A stretch of 64,000 nucleotides of DNA from an uncultured virus (IMG/VR IMGVR_UViG_3300022936_000008) (lineage: Duplodnaviria > Heunggongvirae > Uroviricota > Caudoviricetes), in IMG/VR virus record IMGVR_UViG_3300022936_000008; one strand, 5' to 3'. The position numbers and the translations under genes are program-made. This document shows positions 1 to 10,558 of this stretch, one piece after another (position 1 is the first letter of the stretch; the number at the start of each line of letters is the position of its first letter). The notes under the pieces are model-generated. The model saw only the letters and a list, made by a program, of their open reading frames with translations. It was not told the DNA's origin and did not search any database.

Positions 1-1
1 T

Positions 2-2104
2 GATTGCTGTGTCTGAAGTACGTCCTAATCCTTGTGAGTATCCGTTGTCTCCTACTTCTACAAGATAGGCTACATATTGAGTTCTATTTTCCAAAACTGA
101 CTCTTCTCCAAGAAGTGCTTTTGCTACATTGTTACCTCTGTGGCGTTGTGTTCCATCGAAATATGTACGTGACATATCTTCTTGAAATTTAAGCTGTGCA
201 CCCAAGTGATCTCTGTCTTGTTTGCGGTCTAAAACTTTCACTGCAAAAATGTCTGAGTAAACAGGTTCAAAAGACCAGTTTGGTTCTTCTACATACCCAC
301 CCGCAACTTTGATTTCGACAGATGTTTCATAGAATGGCATCTCATCATAAAGGTACTCTTCCGGTGATAAAATAAATGGTTTACCTGTTAAACGGATTCC
401 CATTAAAGCGTCTGGGTCTGAACCTGCTTCAACTTTTTGCCAAGGGATAAAATCAAAATCTGCCGGAGCTTCTGAAGTAAAACCTTCTACGAACATTGGA
501 GAACACTCATCACATACAATGTTAGTGATAACAGTTGTATTGTAAACTCTTTGACATCCACCTGCTGATGCTGCAAAATCTGCTGCTGCCACTGTTCCAG
601 ATAAGTTTCCTGATACATTAGCCACTGAAATATTTGGCAAATCCTCTGCATCAGATACAGTGAGTACTCCTGTATTTGCAGTAACTGTTGCTCCTGTTGC
701 TGTTGTGATGGCTGCTCCGTGTGCAGTTACAAAGTTGGCTGCTGTAGTTGTAAGATTTGTCGCGAAAGTTGCGAGATAATTTACTCCACCAATGTTAATA
801 TTTGCAGTTCCTGAAGTGCCTGTTAAAGTTACAGCCTGTGTTCCTGCTCCTGCTGGATTACCTTCTTCAATTACTAAATTAGGATAGGCTGCCTGTAATT
901 CTGCCAAACGGCTTCCATCACAATTATCGTCTTTCAATTGAATTGAGTATCTTTCAGATGATGCATAACAAACTTCTCCTGCAACCCACGCAACTGTTGT
1001 AGTTGTAGCGTTAGCACAAAGGGCTGTTACATCTCCAAGAAGTGTAATTTTAGCTGTTGTTTTTACTCCGGCGGTTGTTACATATGTGGTGATTTCAGCA
1101 TCTGTAAGTTCATTATCCAAAACAATTGAATAAGTGCCTACGCCATTTTTCTGACCTGTTTTTCTAACTGAACCTGCAACAAAACCCGGAAGGTCATCGA
1201 CAGTTGTTGTTAAATCTACTCCATCATCCTCAATCTGTACTGAATAAACTACCCCTGCCGGAATTTCTGTATATCCTGCCGCGCAATCCTCACATCCTTT
1301 AATTTGCGCAGCTAATGATTGAACATATGCTGGTAAAGTTACCGACTGTGGGTGTAAGATTGTATATTCAGAGGAAACACCTGTTCGGTCAGTTTGTTCC
1401 ACTTTATACGCAGGGTACTGAGCTTGAATGTTACCTTGTTCGTTAGAACCTCCTAAATCATTTAATGTCAAGGTTGAGAATACATATGGTACACCTGTAA
1501 GTGCTAAGGTGGTATCGTCAACAATTGAAACATTAATTACTTCTGATAGTGGAATCCCTTCTGGAAGTTTTTCGTCTTTAAGACGTTCTACAACTCTGCG
1601 GATTACTTGTTGGTCTGTTTCGCCTACTTCTTTTCCAAAATGAATTTTAAATCTGTACTCGGTGTCACCTGTCAAGAAACCAATTTGATCTCCTTTGAGG
1701 ATAACATCTAAAACTGTTGAAATCCCTTCTTCAAAAGTAAGAGCCGTATCTTCGTTGATACCGTCATACCCTACAATGATGTCATCAAAACGCTGTACGG
1801 TTGTTTTGGGAGCTGTTACGCTTACATTTCGTACGTCTTTGAGTTTAAATGGGTGCGATGCGTAAGGTTTAGAGTTTTGAGCTGTTCTTGTAGATGCCAC
1901 TGGTGTTTTACCAACGCGCAACTCGTAAGTTGTTTTGTCAGAAAGTCCGGCGAAACTGCCTACAATTTGCGCTCCATTTGCTGTGGCTTTGGTCTTGTTT
2001 ACAATTGCAAACTGCCCTTTACCTAAATTATTACTTCCGCCTGATGTTGCTGTATTTCCGTTAAGGGTGAATAAGTGGCGGGAAAAAGGTCTGTGAATAC
2101 TCAT
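2..2104 (-). CDS. Virion structural protein (crAss-like auxiliary capsid/structural protein), >700 aa, runs off the window start
   Basis: Absent from the ORF track because it has no stop inside the window. Hand translation from ATG 2104 gives MSIHRPFSRHLFTLNGNTATSGG..., open to the edge. Thr/Ala/Gly-rich with CxxC motifs; lies downstream of the MCP in the capsid operon. Confidence 0.75.
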   Translation of the reverse strand, partial: MSIHRPFSRHLFTLNGNTATSGGSNNLGKGQFAIVNKTKATANGAQIVGSFAGLSDKTTYELRVGKTPVASTRTAQNSKPYASHPFKLKDVRNVSVTAPKTTVQRFDDIIVGYDGINEDTALTFEEGISTVLDVILKGDQIGFLTGDTEYRFKIHFGKEVGETDQQVIRRVVERLKDEKLPEGIPLSEVINVSIVDDTTLALTGVPYVFSTLTLNDLGGSNEQGNIQAQYPAYKVEQTDRTGVSSEYTILHPQSVTLPAYVQSLAAQIKGCEDCAAGYTEIPAGVVYSVQIEDDGVDLTTTVDDLPGFVAGSVRKTGQKNGVGTYSIVLDNELTDAEITTYVTTAGVKTTAKITLLGDVTALCANATTTTVAWVAGEVCYASSERYSIQLKDDNCDGSRLAELQAAYPNLVIEEGNPAGAGTQAVTLTGTSGTANINIGGVNYLATFATNLTTTAANFVTAHGAAITTATGATVTANTGVLTVSDAEDLPNISVANVSGNLSGTVAAADFAASAGGCQRVYNTTVITNIVCDECSPMFVEGFTSEAPADFDFIPWQKVEAGSDPDALMGIRLTGKPFILSPEEYLYDEMPFYETSVEIKVAGGYVEEPNWSFEPVYSDIFAVKVLDRKQDRDHLGAQLKFQEDMSRTYFDGTQRHRGNNVAKALLGEESVLENRTQYVAYLVEVGDNGYSQGLGRTSDTAI

Positions 2105-2114
2105 TTTCTTTTAT

Positions 2115-2780
2115 TTATTGTTTATTAATTACTTGTTGTTTTTGTATTTGAAATGCTGGGTTTTGTTCCGAAACTAAAAAATTAGCAGTCATCAAGGAGA
2201 TGATTCTATCCAAGGCTTTGTCATCCCATTCAATAATTGAAGTTTCATTGAATTTGCTTTCAGGATCTGATGGATTTACTTGAGAAATCCTTTTTGGATA
2301 GCGGTAATAAGAGAGGAGAGCTTTTTCTATTAAGAAATCATCATAGTAGATGCTTATTGTGTCACTATTAATTGTGTAACAACTTTCTCTCCATTTAAAA
2401 GAAGGTTTGTTAAAAGGGTCTTGCAATATCTCATTTTTATTTTCATCCTTTATTTCAAAAAGATAAATTTTATCTGAGCATTCTCCCTTTTTTGCAATTG
2501 CTTGGGCATTACTTAAATCTAAATAGTCCAGCGGCAATTTAAAAGAATACCTGTCTGGGTATTTAGTGGAAGAAGAAAGGTTTTTGTTCAACACCAAAAA
2601 GTTCTGGATGTACCTGATATCATCTTCCCCTCTTCTATCCAATAAATTTTCTAAGAACTTGTTTTGAGCTTCGTTAAACAAAAATACAAATCTTTGTTTG
2701 TCAGTTGAGAGTGCATCATTGGTAGCATTCTTTTCAACCTTAGCTATGTATCTTTGATAAGTTTCTGCTATTGTAGCCAT
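2115..2780 (-). CDS. Putative head-tail connector/ring protein
   Basis: 221 aa; FLFNEAQ...LPLDYL...YYRYP pattern and position resemble crAss-like ring proteins. Confidence 0.55.
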   Translation of the reverse strand: MATIAETYQRYIAKVEKNATNDALSTDKQRFVFLFNEAQNKFLENLLDRRGEDDIRYIQNFLVLNKNLSSSTKYPDRYSFKLPLDYLDLSNAQAIAKKGECSDKIYLFEIKDENKNEILQDPFNKPSFKWRESCYTINSDTISIYYDDFLIEKALLSYYRYPKRISQVNPSDPESKFNETSIIEWDDKALDRIISLMTANFLVSEQNPAFQIQKQQVINKQ

Positions 2781-2783
2781 TTG

Positions 2784-3749
2784 TTATGCTAACGCGGGCT
2801 GTATAGTTTCATAAGCTTCCGCTATATTTTTCATTAGTTCTGGATTACTTAAGGCTCTTTTTGCAATGTCTTTTGGGCTATTTCCAATCGATTCGTCATT
2901 CAGGTAGTACTCTTTACGTTTGTAAGCAATTTTCCGTTTTGAAATTAGTTTCATCACCATTGCGAATAATTCCATTTCTTCTTTTCCGGCCTCCGATTGA
3001 GATTTTTTATATGCCTCTAGGAAGTTGTCTACGTGTTGAGGGTCTTTTTCTAAGTAAGCCATCATTGTGCGGGTAAGTGTTTTTTCATCAGAAGTTCTAA
3101 CACTTGTGAACTGCAACCACTCCAATACTGTCAACAAAGTTTCCTTATCTCCTTTGTTTAAATTCATATAAGTGAAAATTGCTTCTGCTTTATTTTCATT
3201 TCTTTGGTCTGCAACAGACATTACTTTTTCTTTGTTTGTAACGTTATAGGCGGCTGTTCTGGCTAAATATGATTTCTCACCTTTTTCACAAATTTTATAG
3301 TGTTTCAAGGCCATATAAAGGTCTAACAAATCTTTAACATTGTTAGTGTCAAATGTTTTACCATTATAAACTTCAAATCTGTATTTTTTCCAAAAACTGT
3401 TCTCAGTGTCTGCTGATGACAAATCTTTCTTAAATTGTTCTTCGTATTTCTCTTTAATTTGTTTTTTAAAGATGTTTACCAGAGATGTTTTTTCTGCTTC
3501 TGGTATTTCGGTATTACAAAGCGAAATCAAATCAAATCCTGTGTCCCAAATTTCTAAACTGTCATCAAATGGGATTCCATGACTTTCGCCAATTCCTTCC
3601 ATCAGAAGCTTGGTAGTTCCAAATTTTTGGAATCCGTCTGGTGCATCTGCATCAAATTTAGGGACTACTTCATAAGTTTGTCCGAGAATAATTTCAGTGT
3701 TAGCAACTTTAAAACTTGTTACCTCTGCTGTTTTTTTAGTTAACGCCAT
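2784..3749 (-). CDS. Conserved virion-module protein following the MCP (crAss-like gene 75-type)
   Basis: Start moved to ATG 3749 (MALTKK), which has an A-rich initiation region and its own promoter; synteny with the MCP. Confidence 0.55.
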   Translation of the reverse strand: MALTKKTAEVTSFKVANTEIILGQTYEVVPKFDADAPDGFQKFGTTKLLMEGIGESHGIPFDDSLEIWDTGFDLISLCNTEIPEAEKTSLVNIFKKQIKEKYEEQFKKDLSSADTENSFWKKYRFEVYNGKTFDTNNVKDLLDLYMALKHYKICEKGEKSYLARTAAYNVTNKEKVMSVADQRNENKAEAIFTYMNLNKGDKETLLTVLEWLQFTSVRTSDEKTLTRTMMAYLEKDPQHVDNFLEAYKKSQSEAGKEEMELFAMVMKLISKRKIAYKRKEYYLNDESIGNSPKDIAKRALSNPELMKNIAEAYETIQPALA

Positions 3750-3781
3750 TTTTATTTTTTGGTTTATTTTTACTTTTATTT

Positions 3782-3823
3782 CCCGGTAAGCGGAGCTCAG
3801 GTAATTAGTCCTGAGCAACCGGG
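3782..3823 (-). promoter_or_regulatory. Two-helix stem-loop in the 5' leader of the 3749 gene
   Basis: CCCGGT 3782-87/ACCGGG 3818-23 and GCTCAGG 3795-3801/CCTGAGC 3810-16. Confidence 0.6.
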
Positions 3824-3846
3824 GATTTAAACTTTTCTGTTGAGTG

Positions 3847-3888
3847 TAAAAGTAACACTCTATTCACATTCCACCAAATTGGTGAAAA
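3847..3888 (-). promoter_or_regulatory. Late-type promoter (TTCACCAA-TTTG-N20-TACTTTTA)
   Basis: Bacteroidota -33/-7 layout with 20-nt spacer plus upstream ACCAA box. Confidence 0.65.
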
Positions 3889-3902
3889 TTTTTATAACCA
3901 AT

Positions 3903-5591
3903 TTATCTGTATCCTTTACGAACGCTTTCTTGAAGCTCTACGCAAACAAATTTAGATGGGTCTTTCATCCAAAGTGCCATCGCACCGTAAACGAAGAAAG
4001 ATGTATGCATTGTTTTAGCTGAAGCGATGATTCCTGTAGCTCTAGTATTGTCATAACGACCATTCTCTTTACCCCAGTAAATCTTATCACCTTCCGGCAT
4101 AACTGCGTAGATGTTTGCATCTCGTTTTCCGCCGTCTACTAAGGTTGTTCCGCGTGGAACATCTTGGTTGTTAGAATACTGTGTATCCATCGCATCCCAA
4201 ATAAAAAGACTATAGGCTGTAAAATCGTAACCATTAGGGTGCATACCTCTAAGGTTTCTGTCTGTAATATTCATGTAATTCAAAGAAGTGTCTTCCTCGA
4301 TTTCCACCATTCCAATACCCGGTAAGTTTACTTTTGTAAAACGGATAGGGTTTAATTGAAGATTGTAAATATCAGTACCTTGTACAATTTTCTTTGGGTC
4401 AACTAGAGCTTCTGCCCCCACAAGGATTCCATTAGCTGTAAGCTGTGCATTTACTTCATCTTTGAAAATTTCAAGTACGTTGTTAAATGCTTCAGAACCT
4501 GCTTTGAATTTTACTCTACGTTCGATTGCTTTTTTATTCGGGTTGATTTTGAATACATAATCAACGGCTTCTTTAATTACCTCGCGTGTAATTCCACCTC
4601 GTTTTCCGTAAGAGATAACTTTACCTCTGCGCATTTGATGCCAAAGTCCCTCATTGTATCGAGTAGTCCCTTTTGTTGATTTAATAGTTGCACCTCTCTG
4701 GAACATCAATGAAGTTGACATATTCTCATTGAACTTTCTGAGAGTAAGCATTTCCATCATAGTTCCTACTCTTGTAGGACTTCCCATAGAACGATTTTTG
4801 TCTTTCAACAAAACAACTTCTTTTCCACTTTGTTTGAAATTTTCGATTTCTTTTAAGTAATCTTTAGTTGCGGCGATTCCCCCACCAAGATTAACAGAGT
4901 CTGCTTTACCTGTTACATAAGATTCAGCTCCCTGAATAGATCCTAGTTGAAACTCACAAGTCATATAGGTAGAACCCTTTGGCATACGTGTAATAGCCAA
5001 TTTTTCTCCAAACTCTGAAGTACCGTGACCTGTTTCAAAATACTCAATATCTTTTCTTAGCAAGAAGTTAGGATATGATTTTGTTACATCGTTGGTCATA
5101 AGTAAAACTGTGTGTTCAAAACCAAAACCTAAATCTCTAACAGGTTCTACATCTGAAACTACGATAGAATCCCCAAACAGTCCATCACAAGTAAGTGTAG
5201 TGCCGGGAGCAAATTCGTAATTAAGCGTGATTTTGAAAGTTGTTTCGTCAGCACCAGCATACTCCTGATCTGAATTGTCCGCAACAGTTTTAACGCTATT
5301 GTCTGTTTCAACTGGGCGGTCGTACGTAAACTTACCTTCCCAGCCATTCACTTCAATTACAGCATTGTGATTCAATACATCCTCAAAGATTGGATAACGT
5401 GTTAGTGATTGTTCCCCGAAGTACGATTGTAGCTTCATGTGATTCTTTAAAGGCTCGGCCTCAAACCACGATTGTAAACTTGTATAGTCCTGAAAGCCGT
5501 TATTGGCAATTCCAGCAAACTCTTTTGTTGTTGCAAATCCTATAACTTGGTCATTTGAACGAAGCGGGATTGAAGAATTATAAAAACTCAT
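3903..5591 (-). CDS. Major capsid protein (crAss-like HK97 fold)
   Basis: 562 aa; position after portal and scaffold; GLWHQMRRG and C-terminal WMKDPSK resemble crAss-like MCPs. Confidence 0.8.
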   Translation of the reverse strand: MSFYNSSIPLRSNDQVIGFATTKEFAGIANNGFQDYTSLQSWFEAEPLKNHMKLQSYFGEQSLTRYPIFEDVLNHNAVIEVNGWEGKFTYDRPVETDNSVKTVADNSDQEYAGADETTFKITLNYEFAPGTTLTCDGLFGDSIVVSDVEPVRDLGFGFEHTVLLMTNDVTKSYPNFLLRKDIEYFETGHGTSEFGEKLAITRMPKGSTYMTCEFQLGSIQGAESYVTGKADSVNLGGGIAATKDYLKEIENFKQSGKEVVLLKDKNRSMGSPTRVGTMMEMLTLRKFNENMSTSLMFQRGATIKSTKGTTRYNEGLWHQMRRGKVISYGKRGGITREVIKEAVDYVFKINPNKKAIERRVKFKAGSEAFNNVLEIFKDEVNAQLTANGILVGAEALVDPKKIVQGTDIYNLQLNPIRFTKVNLPGIGMVEIEEDTSLNYMNITDRNLRGMHPNGYDFTAYSLFIWDAMDTQYSNNQDVPRGTTLVDGGKRDANIYAVMPEGDKIYWGKENGRYDNTRATGIIASAKTMHTSFFVYGAMALWMKDPSKFVCVELQESVRKGYR

Positions 5592-5623
5592 TTGTTTATT
5601 TTTATTTAGTTGATATTTATTTT

Positions 5624-6526
5624 TTATTCTATAGTTAGAAAAGTTGTATTATTTGTTTTTCTTCCGTTAAGCATTGATACTAAATGCTGTTTTGATTTAT
5701 GATAATTTGGACTTTCAGATGCTAACTTTATACTGTCATATATGATATTGGTTGCAGTATCTAAAACTCTAACCTTACCTGTTTTCATAAGTTTTTCAAC
5801 TTTATGTTCATAGCCCTCACTATAATTTTCATAAAAAATTAAATCTGTATCATTTTTACTTTCTCCGCTTAACTTTTTACGAAGAGTTTCATAGACAATA
5901 TTCAGCTCTCTTGCCGCTTCTCTAGCGGAGGGATATATTTCTTTAGTTGAAACATTGTAAACCTTCTTACGTGTCCCTACTAATTCTATTTTTTCATAAA
6001 CCTCTTCCCCCGTATACTCTTTTAGCAATTTTAGAGGTGTATCGTTTTTTACTTTCCCGGTGAGTTTATCACATAAATTCCAAGAAGATTTTATACCATT
6101 CATTTTTGCTGCAAAACTTATACTCCGATAGATTTCCTTTGTCAGTATGTTTATAACTTCTTTAGTGGTGGGTGGTAAATTTTTTAATCTTGTAACTAAA
6201 GTTTTGTCCAAGGTTTCTTGAGTTATTTTTCTTCCAGAACTTCCTTCTCCTCCTGCTGTCATATTAACCAACCTACCTAATCCTAAATCTGCCCGTCCAT
6301 ATTCTTGTATAAGAAATTCTTCAAGTTCACAAGCATCTTCTTTAGTCAAGTCGGAATATATTATCTCTATGCTGTACCCAGCTTTAGCAACTATATTTTT
6401 CCACCAATCACTCCTATTTTTTGTAACACGAGACCTTCTAAAATTTTTCTCACTGCCTAATCCCACATAAAAAATTGAATTGTCATCAAGTCTTCTATGT
6501 CTGTAGATGTAATAAGGTTTACTCAT
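5624..6526 (-). CDS. Free-standing GIY-YIG homing endonuclease with three NUMOD1/IENR1-like repeats
   Basis: YYIYRH...FYVGLG...R...E...LVNMTAGGEG nuclease domain; repeats IYRSISFAAK, IYPSAREAAREL, IYDSIKLAS. Confidence 0.85.
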   Translation of the reverse strand: MSKPYYIYRHRRLDDNSIFYVGLGSEKNFRRSRVTKNRSDWWKNIVAKAGYSIEIIYSDLTKEDACELEEFLIQEYGRADLGLGRLVNMTAGGEGSSGRKITQETLDKTLVTRLKNLPPTTKEVINILTKEIYRSISFAAKMNGIKSSWNLCDKLTGKVKNDTPLKLLKEYTGEEVYEKIELVGTRKKVYNVSTKEIYPSAREAARELNIVYETLRKKLSGESKNDTDLIFYENYSEGYEHKVEKLMKTGKVRVLDTATNIIYDSIKLASESPNYHKSKQHLVSMLNGRKTNNTTFLTIE

Positions 6527-7624
6527 TTATATTGTCTGTGTGAAGAATTTTTCTAATGGGTCAATAGTTTCTTCCTCTGTTTTTTTTGTCGGGGCAGAAC
6601 TTGCATTTTTAGGGATACGGCTGATTTTTAGAATTGTTTCTTTTGCCACCGCATTTTTAATCTTTACCCCTTTAAATTCATCAAATCCTTTTTGGTCAAT
6701 AATGTGGAATGCTATTTCAGCGAATAATTCTGGATTTTTCTTTGCTTCGAAATAAAGTCTATCCACTTGCGTGAGCCCTGTTTCGTCAAATTTTGCAGAA
6801 TTATCTACAAGTGTTTTGATTGTATTTTCATTTAATTTCCAATTCTTATAAGTTTCAGATATGGATTTTTTAAATGTCTTTTGGGATTCAAGAGCTTCTG
6901 CATTTGCCTTTTTTTGTTCTTCTAAAGCAGTGGTTACTTTATGGTCGTATTCTTCATTTATCGTTTTTACGATTTTTCCGGCCTCAGAATCTAAAGTGAA
7001 ATTCTTTTTGTATTTTTGTATTTTATATTCGATGTCATCTGCCTCTTCCCCTTTATTCTGCAAACTCCAACGGATTATTTGTTCTTGGATTTTAGGGTCA
7101 TCTACATCAACTTCTTTTAAAGGGTGGATTAAGTTTGCATCTGTTTCAATTAACTGTGAAATATCTGCTCCTGCTCTTTTTGCCTCAATCAGTTTTTTTG
7201 TAGTTTCATCAAGTCCCTCTACAGAAATAAATTTTGTTTTTAATTCCTGTTCTTTCAGTTCTTTTTGCGCCGCTTTTAATTGTTTGAAAGTGTCAGCATC
7301 AATTTCCGATAATTCTGAAAGTTTAACTGTTGTAGGGTTTCCCTGTTCGTCTTCAATTTCAATTTGAACATCATCCCAATCTCCTTCTTCAAGATACTCT
7401 TTTACTCGTTCTGTGTATTTTGAATTTATTTCTTTTGGCTTGGGTTTTGGTGCGCCAATGTCCTCTTTTGGTTCTTCTGGTAGCGGAGGCGGTGGTGGAT
7501 TATCTCCTGCGACTTGTTCTTCTTCCTCTTCTTTTAAGAAATCCTGTAAAGGTGTAACTTCTTGTGCTGCTACTGGTTCTTCAATTTCTAAGAACGCTGC
7601 TAATGATTGGTTTTGGTTTTCCAT
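6527..7624 (-). CDS. Capsid scaffolding-type protein
   Basis: Acidic, Pro-rich N-terminus and coiled coil; lies between portal and MCP. Confidence 0.65.
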   Translation of the reverse strand: MENQNQSLAAFLEIEEPVAAQEVTPLQDFLKEEEEEQVAGDNPPPPPLPEEPKEDIGAPKPKPKEINSKYTERVKEYLEEGDWDDVQIEIEDEQGNPTTVKLSELSEIDADTFKQLKAAQKELKEQELKTKFISVEGLDETTKKLIEAKRAGADISQLIETDANLIHPLKEVDVDDPKIQEQIIRWSLQNKGEEADDIEYKIQKYKKNFTLDSEAGKIVKTINEEYDHKVTTALEEQKKANAEALESQKTFKKSISETYKNWKLNENTIKTLVDNSAKFDETGLTQVDRLYFEAKKNPELFAEIAFHIIDQKGFDEFKGVKIKNAVAKETILKISRIPKNASSAPTKKTEEETIDPLEKFFTQTI

Positions 7625-7632
7625 TATCTGTG

Positions 7633-7673
7633 CAAATATATAATTGTTATTGTTATTTAAAAAATTGGTAAAA
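7633..7673 (-). promoter_or_regulatory. Late-type promoter (TTTTACCAA-TTTT-N20-TATATTTG)
   Basis: Same geometry as the other ACCAA promoters; directly upstream of the scaffold ATG. Confidence 0.65.
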
Positions 7674-7726
7674 TGTAGATTAATCGATGAAAGTTTTCTT
7701 TAATTATTATAAAATTTTATAACCGA

Positions 7727-10552
7727 TTAATTTTTGTTGATTATCGATGTAAATTTTTGGGTTTCGAGTGCCTGTTGTTTAAGTGCTAATTCTCTTGACC
7801 TTAGCCCTAGTTCTTGCATCTTAACTTTATTTGACTCAATATCTGATTTTGATTTTCTGTCGATTTCTTGCTGTCTTAAATCTACATCTGATATTTGCTT
7901 ATTCTGTGCTAAGAGATTCGTAACCTCAGTTTTGTAAATTGCAAGCTCATCTGGAGTTGCATTTGAGTCTACAGCAGAACCTAAGTGCGCTATGTAGGTT
8001 TGTCTTTCTTTAGAAGTATTTGTGAGGATTAGGTTTTCTCTCTCGAATTGTCTTTCTTCTAATAGCTGTTGATTTGTAGATTCTATTTGTTTGTTTAATT
8101 GGTCATCTTGAAATTGTCTTGCCTCTTGCTGTTCTTGTTGAAATCTTTTTCTGTTATCTGCGGCGGCTTGTTTAATTTCTATTAAAGTAGGGTTGGTTAA
8201 AATTTCTATTGAAGACTGAAGATCCCTCTGTATTGTATTGTCATTTAACATTAAGTTTCTAATTTGCTCAATCGACTTTCTATCTCTGGCACTCAAAACA
8301 GAAACTACACCCATATGGCGTAGTGGAAAGAGTTCACCGTCTTCTGCCATAATATCTAATAAATAATGTGCACCATCATCTTTTCTAAACATTACAGACG
8401 CATCTTTTCCATTTGATTGACAGTATTGTGCTATAGCTATGTGGATGTCTTTTTCCTTAGCCTTAGCTGTATTCATCTTTTCAAATAAAGGTGTTATGAG
8501 AGCGTATGAAGCATTTTGTCCTTGCTTTACACCCTCTGATGTGGTGTAGGTGTTTGGTTGGCCTAAAAGTTGTGGAGTGATTCCAATTTGAGAGAGTGCT
8601 TGCTCTTTGTATTGCATTGCCATCTGCCATCTGTACTGTACTTGAGATGCGTATGTAATGTCCTGTCTTTGGAAAGAGTTTGTTAATGCTTGGTTTCCCT
8701 CGGTGTTTTGCTTAGACATATCAACGGCAAATAATCCTGTTGATTTAATCATATCTCGCATATCGTAAATGGCGTCTTCGGTTGTGCCGTCTTTATATTC
8801 CGCCGGAAGATACATTAAGTCAAATGTGAAGAATATACCTAACTCTTTCTCAAGAAGCTCTGTAATTTGATTCATACAGATGTTATGCAATACTTGGTAG
8901 GGTTCTAGTTTTTTTGCTATACCTACAGATATAATCCCTGCGACAGGGAGTTTTACATCATATATATTACTTCGACTACCCTTTATTTGATAATCTAATG
9001 GTCTTACATCTAAATATAAATCTTCTTTTAGGGTGTTTCCATTCCCGCGAATTTTTATACCTTTCCAAATTTCAGGAGTGTATGCGTACACTATAGTGTT
9101 TACATACTCATCCATCTTATTATTCTTTAAAGCTATTTGGAATTCCTCTAAAGAGATGTTTCTTATTTTTTTTATTTCATTTTCCGCCAAAAAATCGGCA
9201 AGTAAATCGTCAGTGGTAATTTCTTGTGATAGTACTCCGACACTATTCTCATAAGTGAGTACTCCAACTCTTTTATATGATCTCCAATAAGCTTCCGTAA
9301 CTTGTATTGTGTCACTTCTTACTTCAATGTCATCCCTTAAATATTTTGAAAATATGTTGCTGTCTGTTGTTTGTTGTCCCCCTAATCTTGGAAGCCAGTC
9401 TTCAATCTGCCTTTCCTCGCCGTCTTTATCTAAGAATGTTCTTATACCTAATGGTTCACCAAGAGCATCTTCCATTTGAGTGGCTAAATCGTGTTCATAG
9501 TAGTTGGTAAATGGTACAATGTGTGCTTCTGGGAATGCTCTCTCCATCACAGACAAACTATTTGTCTTGCCGTTTTGCCAGTAGTCGTTCTGATTCCAAT
9601 AGTTTGAAATTGCCTCTTGTTCTTTGGACGAAAGTAAATGTCCAAACGTATTTATAATTGCAGATGGGCTTAGATTGGTTATGCGTCCTACAAACTCTCC
9701 GTCCTGTGGGTATTTTGCATCAACATCCTGACTGAAAAAAGTTTCTTCAGGTTTCCATCTTTCAATTGAATAACTGTCATATCCTACTCGGAAGTGTCTA
9801 AAATATCTGCCCGATAATAAATAATCTATAAACTCTTCTCTGTCTAATTCGTGAAGATGGAATTCTTTATTGTCTTCATCTAAAGTATTTTGTGCCCATT
9901 CAGTAGCTAAAACTTTGAAGTTTTTCTGCATGAACACTTCTATCTCTTCGGGAGTGAGTGCTTTGACCTGTTGGTCTATTTCCTGTTGGTATTGTTGTGC
10001 TTCTTCTTCTGATTGAAAGTCGCTTTTATTTACATCTATACCTCTTTGTAAGAGCAGTCTATTAACTTCGTTGTTAAATGTTTCTGCGGCGTATTTGTGA
10101 AGTAGTTCTGTTTTTTGCCGTATGTATTCATTTGTGAAATACTCATCTAAAGAGTCAATTCTAAATATATCTTCAAATTCGTTATAGATTCCAGACAATG
10201 CATTACAAACAATACCTATGAAATCAAAATGTTTTATATGTGTTGGGATACCTCTGTCTTGTCTTAATCGTCTTACTTGCTTACTGAAAAAACTATTGTT
10301 TCCCTCTAATTCTCCAAAACCTGTACCTAAATATGTAAACTCTCCGTCAACCATTTTTTTATAGTCGCGGAATTTTAGAGAGTCTTGGTTTTGCCTTTCA
10401 CCTATTCTGTGAAGCGCATCCATTGTGGCTTTTTTCCAAGCTTTTGTTTTTTTTGCTGTTGGGATTGCCTGTGGTGGCATTAGCCCGCTTATAGAAAAAT
10501 CAGCACCGTGTATATTGCCATTTAAAGAGGCGTGAGAGTTTGCGTAGTCCAT
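7727..10552 (-). CDS. Portal protein
   Basis: ~940 aa; PPQAIPTAKKTKAWKKATMD N-terminus, IGITPQLLGQ motif and C-terminal coiled coil as in crAss-like portals; follows the terminase. Start taken at ATG 10552. Confidence 0.85.
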   Translation of the reverse strand: MDYANSHASLNGNIHGADFSISGLMPPQAIPTAKKTKAWKKATMDALHRIGERQNQDSLKFRDYKKMVDGEFTYLGTGFGELEGNNSFFSKQVRRLRQDRGIPTHIKHFDFIGIVCNALSGIYNEFEDIFRIDSLDEYFTNEYIRQKTELLHKYAAETFNNEVNRLLLQRGIDVNKSDFQSEEEAQQYQQEIDQQVKALTPEEIEVFMQKNFKVLATEWAQNTLDEDNKEFHLHELDREEFIDYLLSGRYFRHFRVGYDSYSIERWKPEETFFSQDVDAKYPQDGEFVGRITNLSPSAIINTFGHLLSSKEQEAISNYWNQNDYWQNGKTNSLSVMERAFPEAHIVPFTNYYEHDLATQMEDALGEPLGIRTFLDKDGEERQIEDWLPRLGGQQTTDSNIFSKYLRDDIEVRSDTIQVTEAYWRSYKRVGVLTYENSVGVLSQEITTDDLLADFLAENEIKKIRNISLEEFQIALKNNKMDEYVNTIVYAYTPEIWKGIKIRGNGNTLKEDLYLDVRPLDYQIKGSRSNIYDVKLPVAGIISVGIAKKLEPYQVLHNICMNQITELLEKELGIFFTFDLMYLPAEYKDGTTEDAIYDMRDMIKSTGLFAVDMSKQNTEGNQALTNSFQRQDITYASQVQYRWQMAMQYKEQALSQIGITPQLLGQPNTYTTSEGVKQGQNASYALITPLFEKMNTAKAKEKDIHIAIAQYCQSNGKDASVMFRKDDGAHYLLDIMAEDGELFPLRHMGVVSVLSARDRKSIEQIRNLMLNDNTIQRDLQSSIEILTNPTLIEIKQAAADNRKRFQQEQQEARQFQDDQLNKQIESTNQQLLEERQFERENLILTNTSKERQTYIAHLGSAVDSNATPDELAIYKTEVTNLLAQNKQISDVDLRQQEIDRKSKSDIESNKVKMQELGLRSRELALKQQALETQKFTSIINKN

Positions 10553-10558
10553 AGTATG

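Noticed and set aside
5592..6526. Group I intron around the homing endonuclease
   Set aside because: Flanking genes are complete and there is no room for an intron core (0 and ~32 nt flanks)
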